Shown piece after piece: positions 9,388 through 17,746 of a DNA stretch of 54,500 nucleotides (the stretch's first letter is position 1; every line of letters begins with the position of its first letter). Where the stretch lies: positions 1 through 54,500 of the forward strand of contig CAZCZD010000001.1 in assembly GCA_964503305.1 (NCBI GenBank). The letters are read 5' to 3'. The notes beneath the pieces are model-generated. The model saw only the letters and a list, made by a program, of their open reading frames with translations, was not told where the DNA came from and searched no databases. This stretch comes from an uncultured Candidatus Saccharibacteria bacterium. Lineage in GTDB: Bacteria; Patescibacteriota; Saccharimonadia; Saccharimonadales; Saccharimonadaceae. The position numbers and the translations under genes were made by a program.

Positions 9388-10713
9388 TTACTCTGCTTCA
9401 GGTTTGCCGAGAAGGCGGAACATTTCGTTTTTATATGCTTCAACGCCAGGTTGATCGAACGGATTAACTTGTTCAAATTTTGCAGATATTGCACAAGCAA
9501 GTTCGAAGAAATAAACCAACGAACCAAGGCTTCTAGCCGACAAATCCGGCATCACAATTTCGAAGACTGGAATATGCTGTGAATGTGCGGTAATTGTTGC
9601 ATCTTTTGCCTTGGAATTAATATATCCAAGTTCAGAGCCTTCGAGATATTTAAGTCCGTCAAGATTTTCTGGCATTTCTGGGACTTCAATATCAGGATTC
9701 ACTCGGTTTAAATATTTTGGGGTTGGGACATTATCGAAAGTCATAATTGTTTCAAAAATATTTGGGCGTCCTTGTTGCATATATTGGCCGAGAGAATGAA
9801 GGTCGGTAGTATAAATCGCCGTTGCTGGGAAAATTCCCTTATCTTCCTTCCCTTCTGATTCGCCAAAAAGTTGTTGCCACCATTTTTCAAAGTATTCCAT
9901 ACATGGCTCAAAACAAGCCAAGACTTCAACATCATAATTTCTTGAGCGAAGAATATGACGAGCAGCGGCGTATTTAAAAATCGTGTCGGTAATCGAGCCG
10001 ACGATTTCCTCGTTGCCAGTTTCATTTCCGGAGTTAAGAATAGTCATAAGTGCAGCTTCTTCTTCACGAGCACCTGAAAGAAGCTCATCGACATCAACGC
10101 CAGCAACTGCAAGTGGAAGAAGACCGACGGCCGTCAAAACTGAATAGCGGCCACCAACTTCGTTTGGCACAATGAAGCGTTCGTAGTGGTTATAAAGAGC
10201 CTCATCATGAAGAGCGCCAGATTCAGCATCGGTTGTAGCGTAAATCCTTGAATAAGCTTCGTTTTCGCCATATTTTTCAAATAATTTTTCTTTAAGAACA
10301 CGGAAAGCGATTGCTGGCTCAGTGGTGGTTCCGGATTTTGAAATTACGTTAATCGAAAAATCTTTATCACCGATTTCGTCAATTACTTTCTGAAGAGAGA
10401 TAGTCGAAATACTGTTGCCGGCATAGAGAATCTTAGTATTAGATTTTACTTGTGATTCAAGCGCGTCGATAATTGCTTTGTGGCCAAGATATGAGCCACC
10501 AATACCAATACAAACAAGATAGTCTGAGTCGCTCTGAATTTTCGAAGCAGCATTTTTAATTCGCATCACTTCGTCTTTGTCATAGGTTTCTGGCAAAGTT
10601 AACCAACCTGCCATCGGATCAGCTTTAATATCGTCAATAAGACTTTGTGCAGAGCTTGCTTGAACGGCAAGAATCGATGCGTCAATGTCTGCGTGGAATT
10701 TTAGATTAATCAT
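9388..10713 (-). CDS. pgi: Glucose-6-phosphate isomerase
   Basis: IGIGGSYLG, ISKSGTTTEP, VGGRYSV, QQLFGESEGK, TDLHSLGQ and NPFDQPGVEAYK motifs. Confidence 0.96.
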   Translation of the reverse strand: MINLKFHADIDASILAVQASSAQSLIDDIKADPMAGWLTLPETYDKDEVMRIKNAASKIQSDSDYLVCIGIGGSYLGHKAIIDALESQVKSNTKILYAGNSISTISLQKVIDEIGDKDFSINVISKSGTTTEPAIAFRVLKEKLFEKYGENEAYSRIYATTDAESGALHDEALYNHYERFIVPNEVGGRYSVLTAVGLLPLAVAGVDVDELLSGAREEEAALMTILNSGNETGNEEIVGSITDTIFKYAAARHILRSRNYDVEVLACFEPCMEYFEKWWQQLFGESEGKEDKGIFPATAIYTTDLHSLGQYMQQGRPNIFETIMTFDNVPTPKYLNRVNPDIEVPEMPENLDGLKYLEGSELGYINSKAKDATITAHSQHIPVFEIVMPDLSARSLGSLVYFFELACAISAKFEQVNPFDQPGVEAYKNEMFRLLGKPEAE

Positions 10714-10768
10714 TTTTACCTCTCTTTTCCCCTATTATATCACGAATTATGATATAATTTTAAGAGTA

Positions 10769-10853
10769 GCCCGGATGGTGGAATTGGTAGACACGCTGGC
10801 TTCAGGTGCCAGTGTCTTCGGACATGCAGGTTCAAGTCCTGTTCCGGGCACCA
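10769..10853 (+). tRNA. tRNA-Leu(CAG)
   Basis: Acceptor GCCCGGA/TCCGGGC, anticodon arm CTGGC-TTCAGGT-GCCAG, long variable arm, GGTTCAAGTCC, encoded CCA. Confidence 0.95.
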
Positions 10854-10854
10854 A

Positions 10855-11700
10855 TTACTTCAAGTTAATCTTGGAGTTCTTTTTTAGACGCTCAGTTTTT
10901 CTCGGAATTGTCTTAATATCGGTTTTTGCAATTTCTTTTCTAACTTCACGGCGTTTCGTCAAATATTCAATTTTTGCCGCATGTTTCATAATGCGTTTTT
11001 GTGTACCTTTAAGCTCCTTAAGAGCGCGTTTTTGTGCCTTCTTCATTGCCTTCAAAATACGTCTAGCAAGGCGACGAGTCTTTCTGGTTTGTTTACGATA
11101 ATAGTTAAAAGCATAGCGCTTAATTTCATCAGTAAGGTCAACATGTCCACCTTTAAGCGCGTGTTTCACAGAGCTTGCAGCGGCGTTGCTCATGTAGTTG
11201 TCAATCATGAATAAAATGATACATGAAACGGAAATTGCCATTTTTATACCAAAAGTAAGCGAGCCGACAAATGCCTCGACATTTGGATGAATATAGTCCA
11301 AAACGAGCAGACCGCCAATACCAAATCCAATCGAAGTCATGAGCGAAATGCGACCGTTGAGCGTAATGTTATACCAGGAATTTTTATAACTCCACCAGCG
11401 CACGTGATAAAGTTTTTCCATCACAAAGCTTGCGACATATTCGATAATTGAACAAATGATTGCGATGGCGAAAAACTTTTCGAGCGGTGGCAAATCCTCA
11501 AACGGTTGCAAGAAAAAGGCGACAGCGACAAGTCCGGCACCATAAATTGGACAAAGTGGACCGAAGAGAAAACCGCGGTTAATAAAGTGTGGTGGCTTCG
11601 CCTTGATTGAGCAATAAGTCGATTCAAAAATCCAACCGACAATCGAATAAATGAAAAAATAGAGAATCCAAGTCGTTAGATTATTTAAAAAATCTACCAT
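10855..11700 (-). CDS. Putative ABC-transporter permease-like membrane protein (CmpB/TMEM229-like)
   Basis: FFIYSIVGWIFE, INRGFLFGPLCPIYG, RWWSY and LNGRI motifs; basic C-terminal tail. Start moved to ATG 11700, which lies 6 nt after TATAAT. Confidence 0.82.
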   Translation of the reverse strand: MVDFLNNLTTWILYFFIYSIVGWIFESTYCSIKAKPPHFINRGFLFGPLCPIYGAGLVAVAFFLQPFEDLPPLEKFFAIAIICSIIEYVASFVMEKLYHVRWWSYKNSWYNITLNGRISLMTSIGFGIGGLLVLDYIHPNVEAFVGSLTFGIKMAISVSCIILFMIDNYMSNAAASSVKHALKGGHVDLTDEIKRYAFNYYRKQTRKTRRLARRILKAMKKAQKRALKELKGTQKRIMKHAAKIEYLTKRREVRKEIAKTDIKTIPRKTERLKKNSKINLK

Positions 11701-11716
11701 GGTTACATTATACAAC

Positions 11717-11755
11717 AAAAAATATCCCCTCGGCTTAAAGCTTTGGGGATATTTT
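11717..11755 (-). terminator. Intrinsic terminator of the surface-protein gene
   Basis: Minus strand AAAATATCCCC...GGGGATATTTTTT. Confidence 0.75.
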
Positions 11756-11805
11756 CGCGCCAATTCGCGCTAGTAAGTAAGATGACTCTTACGGAAGCGG
11801 TCTAA

Positions 11806-13263
11806 TTAGCGATTTTGTTTGCGGCTAGCAATAAGGTAACCAGCTGTGGTGACAACACCACCGAGGCCGATAACGCCTGTTGTGATTTCAGTTGCGCCAG
11901 TCTTTGGCATTTCTGGTTTTTCGCATTCAGACTTGTAAGTATTGTAATCGACTTCGTTACCTTTGATACCATAGTAAGTACCTTTAACGATCTCACATTT
12001 GTGAGTTTCTGGTTCTTCTGGCTTCTCACATTCTTTCTTGTAAGTAGCTTCGTCAACGACGTTGCCATCTTTGCCATAGAACTTACCGTCTTTAATTTCA
12101 CACTTTGGAGTTTCTTCCTTTGGACAATCCTTTTCAACGTAAACATCTGCGCTGTCTTGGACTGCAAATGCTTTAACAGTAGTTGAAACACCAACTAATG
12201 CGTCAGCTTTACCCCAGTTGATGAGGCGGTTTTTACCACATTTAAGGTCTTTATCAACAACCTTAGCTTGGAAACGGACATATGCTGAACCGTTAACTTT
12301 GTAGTTACCGATGTTGATACCGTCGGTGACGATTGAATCGTTGTTGACGGTTGCACCGTTTTTGTAGTTAGAGTTGTAGAGTTTTGTTGAACCCTTAACA
12401 AGTTCCATGTTGGTTGGAAGTGAATCTTTGATGATAACATCTTTAACTTCCGAAGCGTTGAGGTTCTTGTAGTGGATTTGATATTCAACAGTTTCGCCAA
12501 CTTTAGCGTTGACTTCTTCGCTGAACTTAGTATCAGTTAATTTACGAACAGTCTTCTCGATTGAAGTGTTTTCAAAGACTGGCTTAACTTCGATAGTGAT
12601 GTAGTTAGCGAATTGGTAACAACCAGGAACTTTGCCATCAAGGGCATTGTAACCGATTTTAGTACCGCCGTTAACGACGCTATCTGAAAGAGTTTTACCA
12701 GGTTTCTTGCCAACACCGTTGTTTTCAAGAAGTGCTGAACCTTCGACATAGTCGAGGTAGAATTTACGACCATCAGCAGATTTGAAGACGACATCGTCCC
12801 AATATTTTGATGGGGTTGCGTTTGATGAGTTGATATAACCATCAACACGTTGTTCTTTAGAAACGACAGTACCGAGGCTGAAGTTTACAGAAACGTCTTT
12901 AGCAACAGCTTTTTCACCTTTAGGGTTGTTGTTGTGGACATAAAGACGGACAATGTAAGTTTTACCTTCTTCGACTGTAATTTCATTGTTTTGCCAGACG
13001 TTGTCTACACCTTTGTTACCGGTAGAAGCGTCACGAGCAGCGACGAAGTTACGTTCGTCTTTGATGTTGCCCTTTGGAAGGGTGTCATCTTTGATAGAGT
13101 TGAAGACAATTTTGTCTCCGAGTTTACCATCGTTGATTTCAGCGAGGGTATAGGTCTTACGACCGTTAGTGTTATCGCCCCAAGCGGAAACGATAGCAGT
13201 TGATACTGCACCTGCAGCGACAAGAGCTGTAGAGATAGCAGCAATTTTAACAGCTTTTTTCAT
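11806..13263 (-). CDS. Secreted surface protein with a DUF11-like domain and an LPXTG-like sorting signal
   Basis: Signal peptide; 'KTV...AKVGETVEYQI.YKN...IIKDSLP' DUF11-like block; two Cys-bounded repeats; C-terminal MPKTG plus hydrophobic helix plus RKQNR; SD GAAAGGAG. Confidence 0.8.
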   Translation of the reverse strand: MKKAVKIAAISTALVAAGAVSTAIVSAWGDNTNGRKTYTLAEINDGKLGDKIVFNSIKDDTLPKGNIKDERNFVAARDASTGNKGVDNVWQNNEITVEEGKTYIVRLYVHNNNPKGEKAVAKDVSVNFSLGTVVSKEQRVDGYINSSNATPSKYWDDVVFKSADGRKFYLDYVEGSALLENNGVGKKPGKTLSDSVVNGGTKIGYNALDGKVPGCYQFANYITIEVKPVFENTSIEKTVRKLTDTKFSEEVNAKVGETVEYQIHYKNLNASEVKDVIIKDSLPTNMELVKGSTKLYNSNYKNGATVNNDSIVTDGINIGNYKVNGSAYVRFQAKVVDKDLKCGKNRLINWGKADALVGVSTTVKAFAVQDSADVYVEKDCPKEETPKCEIKDGKFYGKDGNVVDEATYKKECEKPEEPETHKCEIVKGTYYGIKGNEVDYNTYKSECEKPEMPKTGATEITTGVIGLGGVVTTAGYLIASRKQNR

Positions 13264-13402
13264 TCTAAAAAGCTCCTTTCTTTATAGTTAAAACAAAAAT
13301 TAAATTGATAACTTTTTTGGTTTTGCTAGCCGAATTGTTAATTTTCGTCTTAACCACGCAAAACCGAATCATCTCAAATACAAAAACATCTTTTTAGAAG
13401 AG

Positions 13403-13445
13403 CCTAGAATACAGAGGGGACCGAAGTCCCCTCCGTTTCTAAGGT
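13403..13445 (-). other. Stable hairpin with a C(UUCG)G tetraloop in the trailer; no clear U-tract
   Basis: Minus strand GAGGGGAC-TTCG-GTCCCCTC, extended by CCTTAGAA/TTCTAGG. Confidence 0.7.
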
Positions 13446-13463
13446 GCTTTGTTGGTTTAGCTA

Positions 13464-15098
13464 TCAGATGGGTGGCTCGTCAAAATCTTCGCCAGCGGGT
13501 TGATCGTCAGGATTTGAAGTGTTGCCACTGTCATCCGTAACGGAATCGTGCTGGTCGTGATTTTCCTCGCCATAATCATCTTTATTCTCATCCGTATTGG
13601 TTACATCCTCATGTCCAGGACTTGGGTCAGGCGTATTAGGCTGAACTGTTCCAGGATCGGAATGTCCCTGATTTTGGTCTTCTCCGCCATGCGCATCTTG
13701 CATGTCGTTCTGACTTGGATCAGGAACGGGATCCTTAGGGGTTTCGCCTTGGCCTTCGCCGCCGCCTTTGTCCCCGTTTCCATTATGGACAGGATCCTGA
13801 GTGGGATCTTTCTGAGGATTTGGATCTGGCGTCGGGTCCGGATTTGGTGTTGGATCCGGATCGGGTGTTGGATCCGGATCGGGATCCGGTACCGGTGTTG
13901 GCGTCGGATCCGGATTCGGTTTAGGATCCGGATCGGGCTGTGGCTTAGGTCTTGGTTGCTTTTCAGGTTCAGGATCTGGAGTAACAGGTTTGCTTGTGCG
14001 CTCGAAAATCTCCAACCTCATGTCATAGACATTGAAGCCGAAAAGAATCTGCTTGTTGCTATCCTTCTGAAGAACGCTGAAAATAAGAGCTGGAAGCTTG
14101 TCAACATACTTCGTGTTTTCATTGCGATAGGTACGAACCTTATTCGCATTGCTAGTGCTGTTAAGCGGCCAGTGAATGCTTGTAGCATAAGTTTCTACAC
14201 CTTCGCAGTTGCAGCGATCGAGCCATGCAAGTGCTCTTTTTGCGGAGCGTGCATAATACTCAGTCACATACAATTTATAAACTCCAGCAGGTTTTGCAAC
14301 CTTGCCTGCACGTCCATATGCGCCAGCGATACTGGTTGTAGGAGTCGGAGTTTCCTCGTCGTCCAAAGGTATGAGCTCTAAGTCAGCCTCGGTAGGTTCA
14401 GGAGCGTTAGGATGCTCGGCACGCCAAGCATCTACGTCTTCACCATCATGAGGTAACTCGAACCCGTACTTTTCCCAGTAGCGGGTGTGATACGTGACGA
14501 AGGCCCCGCATCCGTACTCATCGTACATTGCGAGGAAGTCTGTTACCCATTCTTCATTGAGGTCAGCTACGGTTGAGCCATCAGTTAGAGCCATGTACTG
14601 CATACCCTGAATCAGCATATCGCCGACTACGGGGTTACGCATGATCTCTTCCTGCAATTCCTCATACATCTTATCGATGTCTTCCTGGGTGTATTCAGTT
14701 TTATCCTTCTGTACTACGCTGAAAGGAAAACTAACAGCGTCGTACATCTTTGCGCCTTCAGTCTTGCCCCAACCAACTTTGGAAGCTGCGCTTGTTCTCT
14801 CGTCGTTTCTGTTGGGCATTGAGCTGTCCAAGAAGTCCCTAAGGAACTCTGTGTACATCTGCTCAAGTGTCTGCCTGTCGAGGTCGACAATAAGAGAAAG
14901 CTTGAGATCTTTCAAAGGATCGTTTGCGTCAATACCATAATCCTTTTCAGGAGTAGGTACTTCCTCAGCGGTTGTTACTTCTTCATTTGCTGAATCCGCG
15001 GCTTTACTCTGGTTCCACTTGTGGATACCGAAGGCCGCACCTGCGATCGCGAACACGGCGACGATCGCTATGAGAACTATCTTAAAAGTTTTCGTCAT
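13464..15098 (-). CDS. Hypothetical N-anchored extracellular protein with Pro/Asp repeats and an acidic tail
   Basis: 544 aa; N-terminal TM; (PDPDPT)n tract; D/N/Q-rich C-terminus; SD AGGAAGGTG. Confidence 0.8.
   Translation of the reverse strand: MTKTFKIVLIAIVAVFAIAGAAFGIHKWNQSKAADSANEEVTTAEEVPTPEKDYGIDANDPLKDLKLSLIVDLDRQTLEQMYTEFLRDFLDSSMPNRNDERTSAASKVGWGKTEGAKMYDAVSFPFSVVQKDKTEYTQEDIDKMYEELQEEIMRNPVVGDMLIQGMQYMALTDGSTVADLNEEWVTDFLAMYDEYGCGAFVTYHTRYWEKYGFELPHDGEDVDAWRAEHPNAPEPTEADLELIPLDDEETPTPTTSIAGAYGRAGKVAKPAGVYKLYVTEYYARSAKRALAWLDRCNCEGVETYATSIHWPLNSTSNANKVRTYRNENTKYVDKLPALIFSVLQKDSNKQILFGFNVYDMRLEIFERTSKPVTPDPEPEKQPRPKPQPDPDPKPNPDPTPTPVPDPDPDPTPDPDPTPNPDPTPDPNPQKDPTQDPVHNGNGDKGGGEGQGETPKDPVPDPSQNDMQDAHGGEDQNQGHSDPGTVQPNTPDPSPGHEDVTNTDENKDDYGEENHDQHDSVTDDSGNTSNPDDQPAGEDFDEPPI
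13795..13980 (-). repeat. Imperfect tandem repeats encoding PDPDPT/PNPDPT
   Basis: Recurrent GGATCCGGAT(C/T) units with roughly 18-bp period. Confidence 0.75.
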
Positions 15099-15115
15099 AG
15101 GTCTTCACCTTCCTT

Positions 15116-15844
15116 TCAGAAATTGTATGGAGGGAAGAAATCGAACTTCGCCTCCAAATAGAATCCGAGAACGAGTGCGAGTACAATTACAATAACGATT
15201 CCGACAACTTTGATTGCTTTATTCCAGAACTCATCGTGAAATGGGTCTTTCTCGAAGCCATCTTCGTCGTTTTCCTCGTCATCTTCCTCGTCTTCATCCT
15301 CATTTACCGTGTTGCTCTCACCTGTAGCCTTCTCTAACTCGTCTGCCTGTTCGTTTTCACCCTTAATCTTGTCGATATAGGTTTTAACGTTTCCAGCAAC
15401 CGTGCCGACAAGGAGTAGGATGAGTGCTATAACTTGTAGTACTACGTAGATCTTACCCCAGCCAGTGGTAGATGTCGTGTAACCGGCATCCTTGATGCTG
15501 GAAATCAGGTTTCCGATCCAAAGAACAAAGAACGTAGGTAACGCGCCGATGCCAATTGACTTGAAGAATGTGTTAGCGATAACCATTCCGACGGAAAGAA
15601 CCAGTGCCAAGATTGTTGAAACAAGGGAAATCTTTGAAAGAAGCCCCAAAACAATCATGACAGCAAAGAAAATTCCGGCGAAAACGGCTCTGCCTCCCTT
15701 TCCCAAATCAAGCTGGCGAGTCGGTTTGTTCTCATCCGCTCTTGCCTTTGTTGCAGAAACTGCCTCGAGTTGTGCCGCAAACTGTATTGCTGCGAAAGCA
15801 GACAATACAATCGCAATGATTATGAAAATAATTGTTTTTACCAT
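15116..15844 (-). CDS. Hypothetical multi-pass membrane protein with an acidic loop
   Basis: 242 aa, about 6 TM segments, EDEDEEDDEENDED tract; SD TAAGGAGG. Confidence 0.8.
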   Translation of the reverse strand: MVKTIIFIIIAIVLSAFAAIQFAAQLEAVSATKARADENKPTRQLDLGKGGRAVFAGIFFAVMIVLGLLSKISLVSTILALVLSVGMVIANTFFKSIGIGALPTFFVLWIGNLISSIKDAGYTTSTTGWGKIYVVLQVIALILLLVGTVAGNVKTYIDKIKGENEQADELEKATGESNTVNEDEDEEDDEENDEDGFEKDPFHDEFWNKAIKVVGIVIVIVLALVLGFYLEAKFDFFPPYNF

Positions 15845-16081
15845 GTGATTTTCCTCCTTAGATATTTGTTTTTGTGCTGATGAGCGTGTAGCTCTGTGTG
15901 CAGTTACGATCTAAGAGGGGTTCACCACGCCTCTCCCAGATTTTTTGCCCTGGAAGGGCGTGTTCATGCTAAAACCAACAACTATTCTAAACAGATACAA
16001 ATTCATGATTTGTACCTGAGATGATTCGGTTTTTAATGGTCGTCGTGTCTCTTATAAGCATAAGTTCCACAGACTGATTAC

Positions 16082-16110
16082 ATTATACCATACATAAGCG
16101 AAAAAGTCAA
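16082..16110 (-). promoter_or_regulatory. Sigma70-type promoter giving a ~230-nt leader
   Basis: TTGACT-17 nt-TATAAT with an extended -10 TG. Confidence 0.8.
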
Positions 16111-16143
16111 TAGTTATAACACAAAAAGTGCTAATGGTAAATA

Positions 16144-16177
16144 AGAAAAAGGCCGCGACTGGTCGCGACCTTTTTTC
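16144..16177 (-). terminator. Intrinsic terminator
   Basis: Minus strand GAAAAAAGGTCGCGA-CCAG-TCGCGGCCTTTTTC. Confidence 0.75.
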
Positions 16178-16197
16178 CTGGTAAAATAAGGTGGTTG

Positions 16198-16797
16198 TTA
16201 TGATGCTTTCGCCGTAACGGCGTCAGCGATTCTCTTTCTGATTTCTTCGTAGTCGGCGTCGGTGCCTTCAGACAGTTCGGAACCATCGCTCTTGCGCTGT
16301 CTGACAACGCGGAGCTCCATGTTGTAGGTTTCGAGGTCTTCAAGCTTCGTACCGCTTTCCATGAGGTGCTCTGCGGCTTCGGTGCAAACTGCGCCGGTGC
16401 CAGTGTTGACGAAATCGTAGTGGAGAGTGTAGGCCTCAGGTTCAGGCTCGGGAGCGCGAACGCCGCCCTGTGCGGAGACGAGCTCACGCACTGCTGCCTT
16501 GTCAAAGAGTACCTGAAGCAGTTTCTCCAAGTCAGGAGAGAGGGAGCCGGTTTTAAGGGCATCCTGTACATCCTTGCTGAGCTGATCGGAATTGTGTGCG
16601 TAATCGTATGCCGCGAATTTCGCGTCATCGGTTGCGAGGTCTTTCCTTTCAGGCTTCTTTGCAGGCTTCTCACTGCTGGTGTCTTTCGTCTCGGTTGCTT
16701 TGGTTGAAGGCTTCTTTGCCTTCTTGGCAGGTTTCTCGCTGAGATCCTTACCGCTCATGATTGATACTGCATCCATTAATGATTTTTTAAGTTCCAT
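16198..16797 (-). CDS. Hypothetical protein (Lys-rich N-terminal repeats, acidic remainder)
   Basis: 199 aa; SEKPAKK occurs twice; SD TAAGGAGG; has its own promoter and terminator. Confidence 0.78.
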   Translation of the reverse strand: MELKKSLMDAVSIMSGKDLSEKPAKKAKKPSTKATETKDTSSEKPAKKPERKDLATDDAKFAAYDYAHNSDQLSKDVQDALKTGSLSPDLEKLLQVLFDKAAVRELVSAQGGVRAPEPEPEAYTLHYDFVNTGTGAVCTEAAEHLMESGTKLEDLETYNMELRVVRQRKSDGSELSEGTDADYEEIRKRIADAVTAKAS

Positions 16798-16903
16798 AAT
16801 AAATTCCTCCTTAGAATTTGTCCCCCCTTATGGGGATGCTCGATTGTTACCACCTTGTTAATGTGCAAATTGGGCTTGTTCGCCCAAAAACCAGGATGAT
16901 TAC

Positions 16904-16932
16904 ATTATAGCATAAACGTGTTATTTTGTCAA
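16904..16932 (-). promoter_or_regulatory. Consensus sigma70 promoter
   Basis: TTGACA-17 nt-TATAAT with a TG extension. Confidence 0.85.
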
Positions 16933-16953
16933 TATTTATAACATAAAAACATC

Positions 16954-16983
16954 AAAAAATCCCCCTGGTGGGGGACTCTTTTT
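16954..16983 (-). terminator. Intrinsic terminator
   Basis: TCCCCC-TGGT-GGGGGA flanked by A and T tracts. Confidence 0.65.
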
Positions 16984-17326
16984 ATTGACGTGGAATGACT
17001 TTGAATTTGAGGTCAGATTCGCCAGTGGTTTTGATGGTTGAAGTGAGATCTTCGCCTTCTGGGCGGCCGGAGAATTCGCGGACGTTTTCCCAGCTTTCCC
17101 CGTCAGATGAAGCATAAAGATCATAGCCATTGATACTGTTAGTTTTGATTGTGACAGCATATTCTTTGCCGCCAAGGTCGGTTGTTTTTTCTTCGACACG
17201 GGTAATTTCAGCGACGGCAGCAATATTCACAGTCACTTGAACAGTACTAGCGTAAACGCCAGCAACAGGGGCAAGAATTACACCCGAAATAATCGCAGTT
17301 TTTAGAAGATTTAATTTTTTAGCCAT
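16982..17326 (-). CDS. Small secreted beta-rich protein
   Basis: 114 aa; signal peptide ending VYA; VTIKTNSINGYDLY motif; SD AAGGAG. Confidence 0.75.
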   Translation of the reverse strand: MAKKLNLLKTAIISGVILAPVAGVYASTVQVTVNIAAVAEITRVEEKTTDLGGKEYAVTIKTNSINGYDLYASSDGESWENVREFSGRPEGEDLTSTIKTTGESDLKFKVIPRQ

Positions 17327-17345
17327 TTTAACTCCTTTTTATAGT

Positions 17346-17597
17346 TTACCTCCTCGAATTAATTATGTAAAATCCGGTGCCTACCAGGGCAAGGAAGGCG
17401 ATTTCACATAAGGTTTCGTAGGTCTGGCTGGTTCGTTGAACCGCCGGTGAACCGGTTAATGGGACTTCGAGATTCGCAGTTTCGGTCGCATTAGCCTGGT
17501 TTTTTTCAGGAGAAATCGTGAGCGTCTCGACCAAAGCTAGCACCAAAAACGCTGAGAAAGCGAGGGCTAGAACGTTTCGAAGGCGAGATTTTTTCAT
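17346..17597 (-). CDS. Small hypothetical protein: signal peptide plus LPXTG-like motif plus TM
   Basis: 83 aa; VPLTG followed by a hydrophobic helix and terminal RR. Confidence 0.6.
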   Translation of the reverse strand: MKKSRLRNVLALAFSAFLVLALVETLTISPEKNQANATETANLEVPLTGSPAVQRTSQTYETLCEIAFLALVGTGFYIINSRR

Positions 17598-17667
17598 GTT
17601 TTTCCTGTTTTTATTTTTGTTGCCTTACAACGTTATCATAACATAAGAGTTTTGGGGTTGTCAAACA

Positions 17668-17696
17668 TTGACTTTTCCCCTGTTATGTGATATAAT
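17668..17696 (+). promoter_or_regulatory. Sigma70 promoter, back-to-back with a divergent promoter
   Basis: TTGACT-17 nt-TATAAT; TTGACA on the minus strand at 17659-17664. Confidence 0.75.
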
Positions 17697-17746
17697 TATA
17701 GATGGTGGTTATTAACTAGTTTTCAGACAAGGAGGGGTATGAAAAG

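Larger units (their letters stand above)
13360..16033. repeat. Inverted repeat pair bracketing two genes (17 bp perfect, 23/25 extended, plus further collinear blocks)
   Basis: AAAACCGAATCATCTCA at 13360-13376 is the reverse complement of TGAGATGATTCGGTTTT at 16017-16033. Confidence 0.9.

Noticed and set aside
10685-11101. 138-aa plus-strand ORF and the many other short or antisense ORFs in the track (e.g. 469..987, 13548..14381, 52649..53353)
   Set aside because: They span a tRNA or shadow well-supported genes and carry no recognisable motifs.
13795-13980. CRISPR-like periodic repeats
   Set aside because: In-frame Pro/Asp coding repeats with no unique spacers; no cas genes.
15877-15900. 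CTGATGAG hammerhead ribozyme core
   Set aside because: No correctly placed GAAA or stems, and it lies on the strand opposite the transcript.
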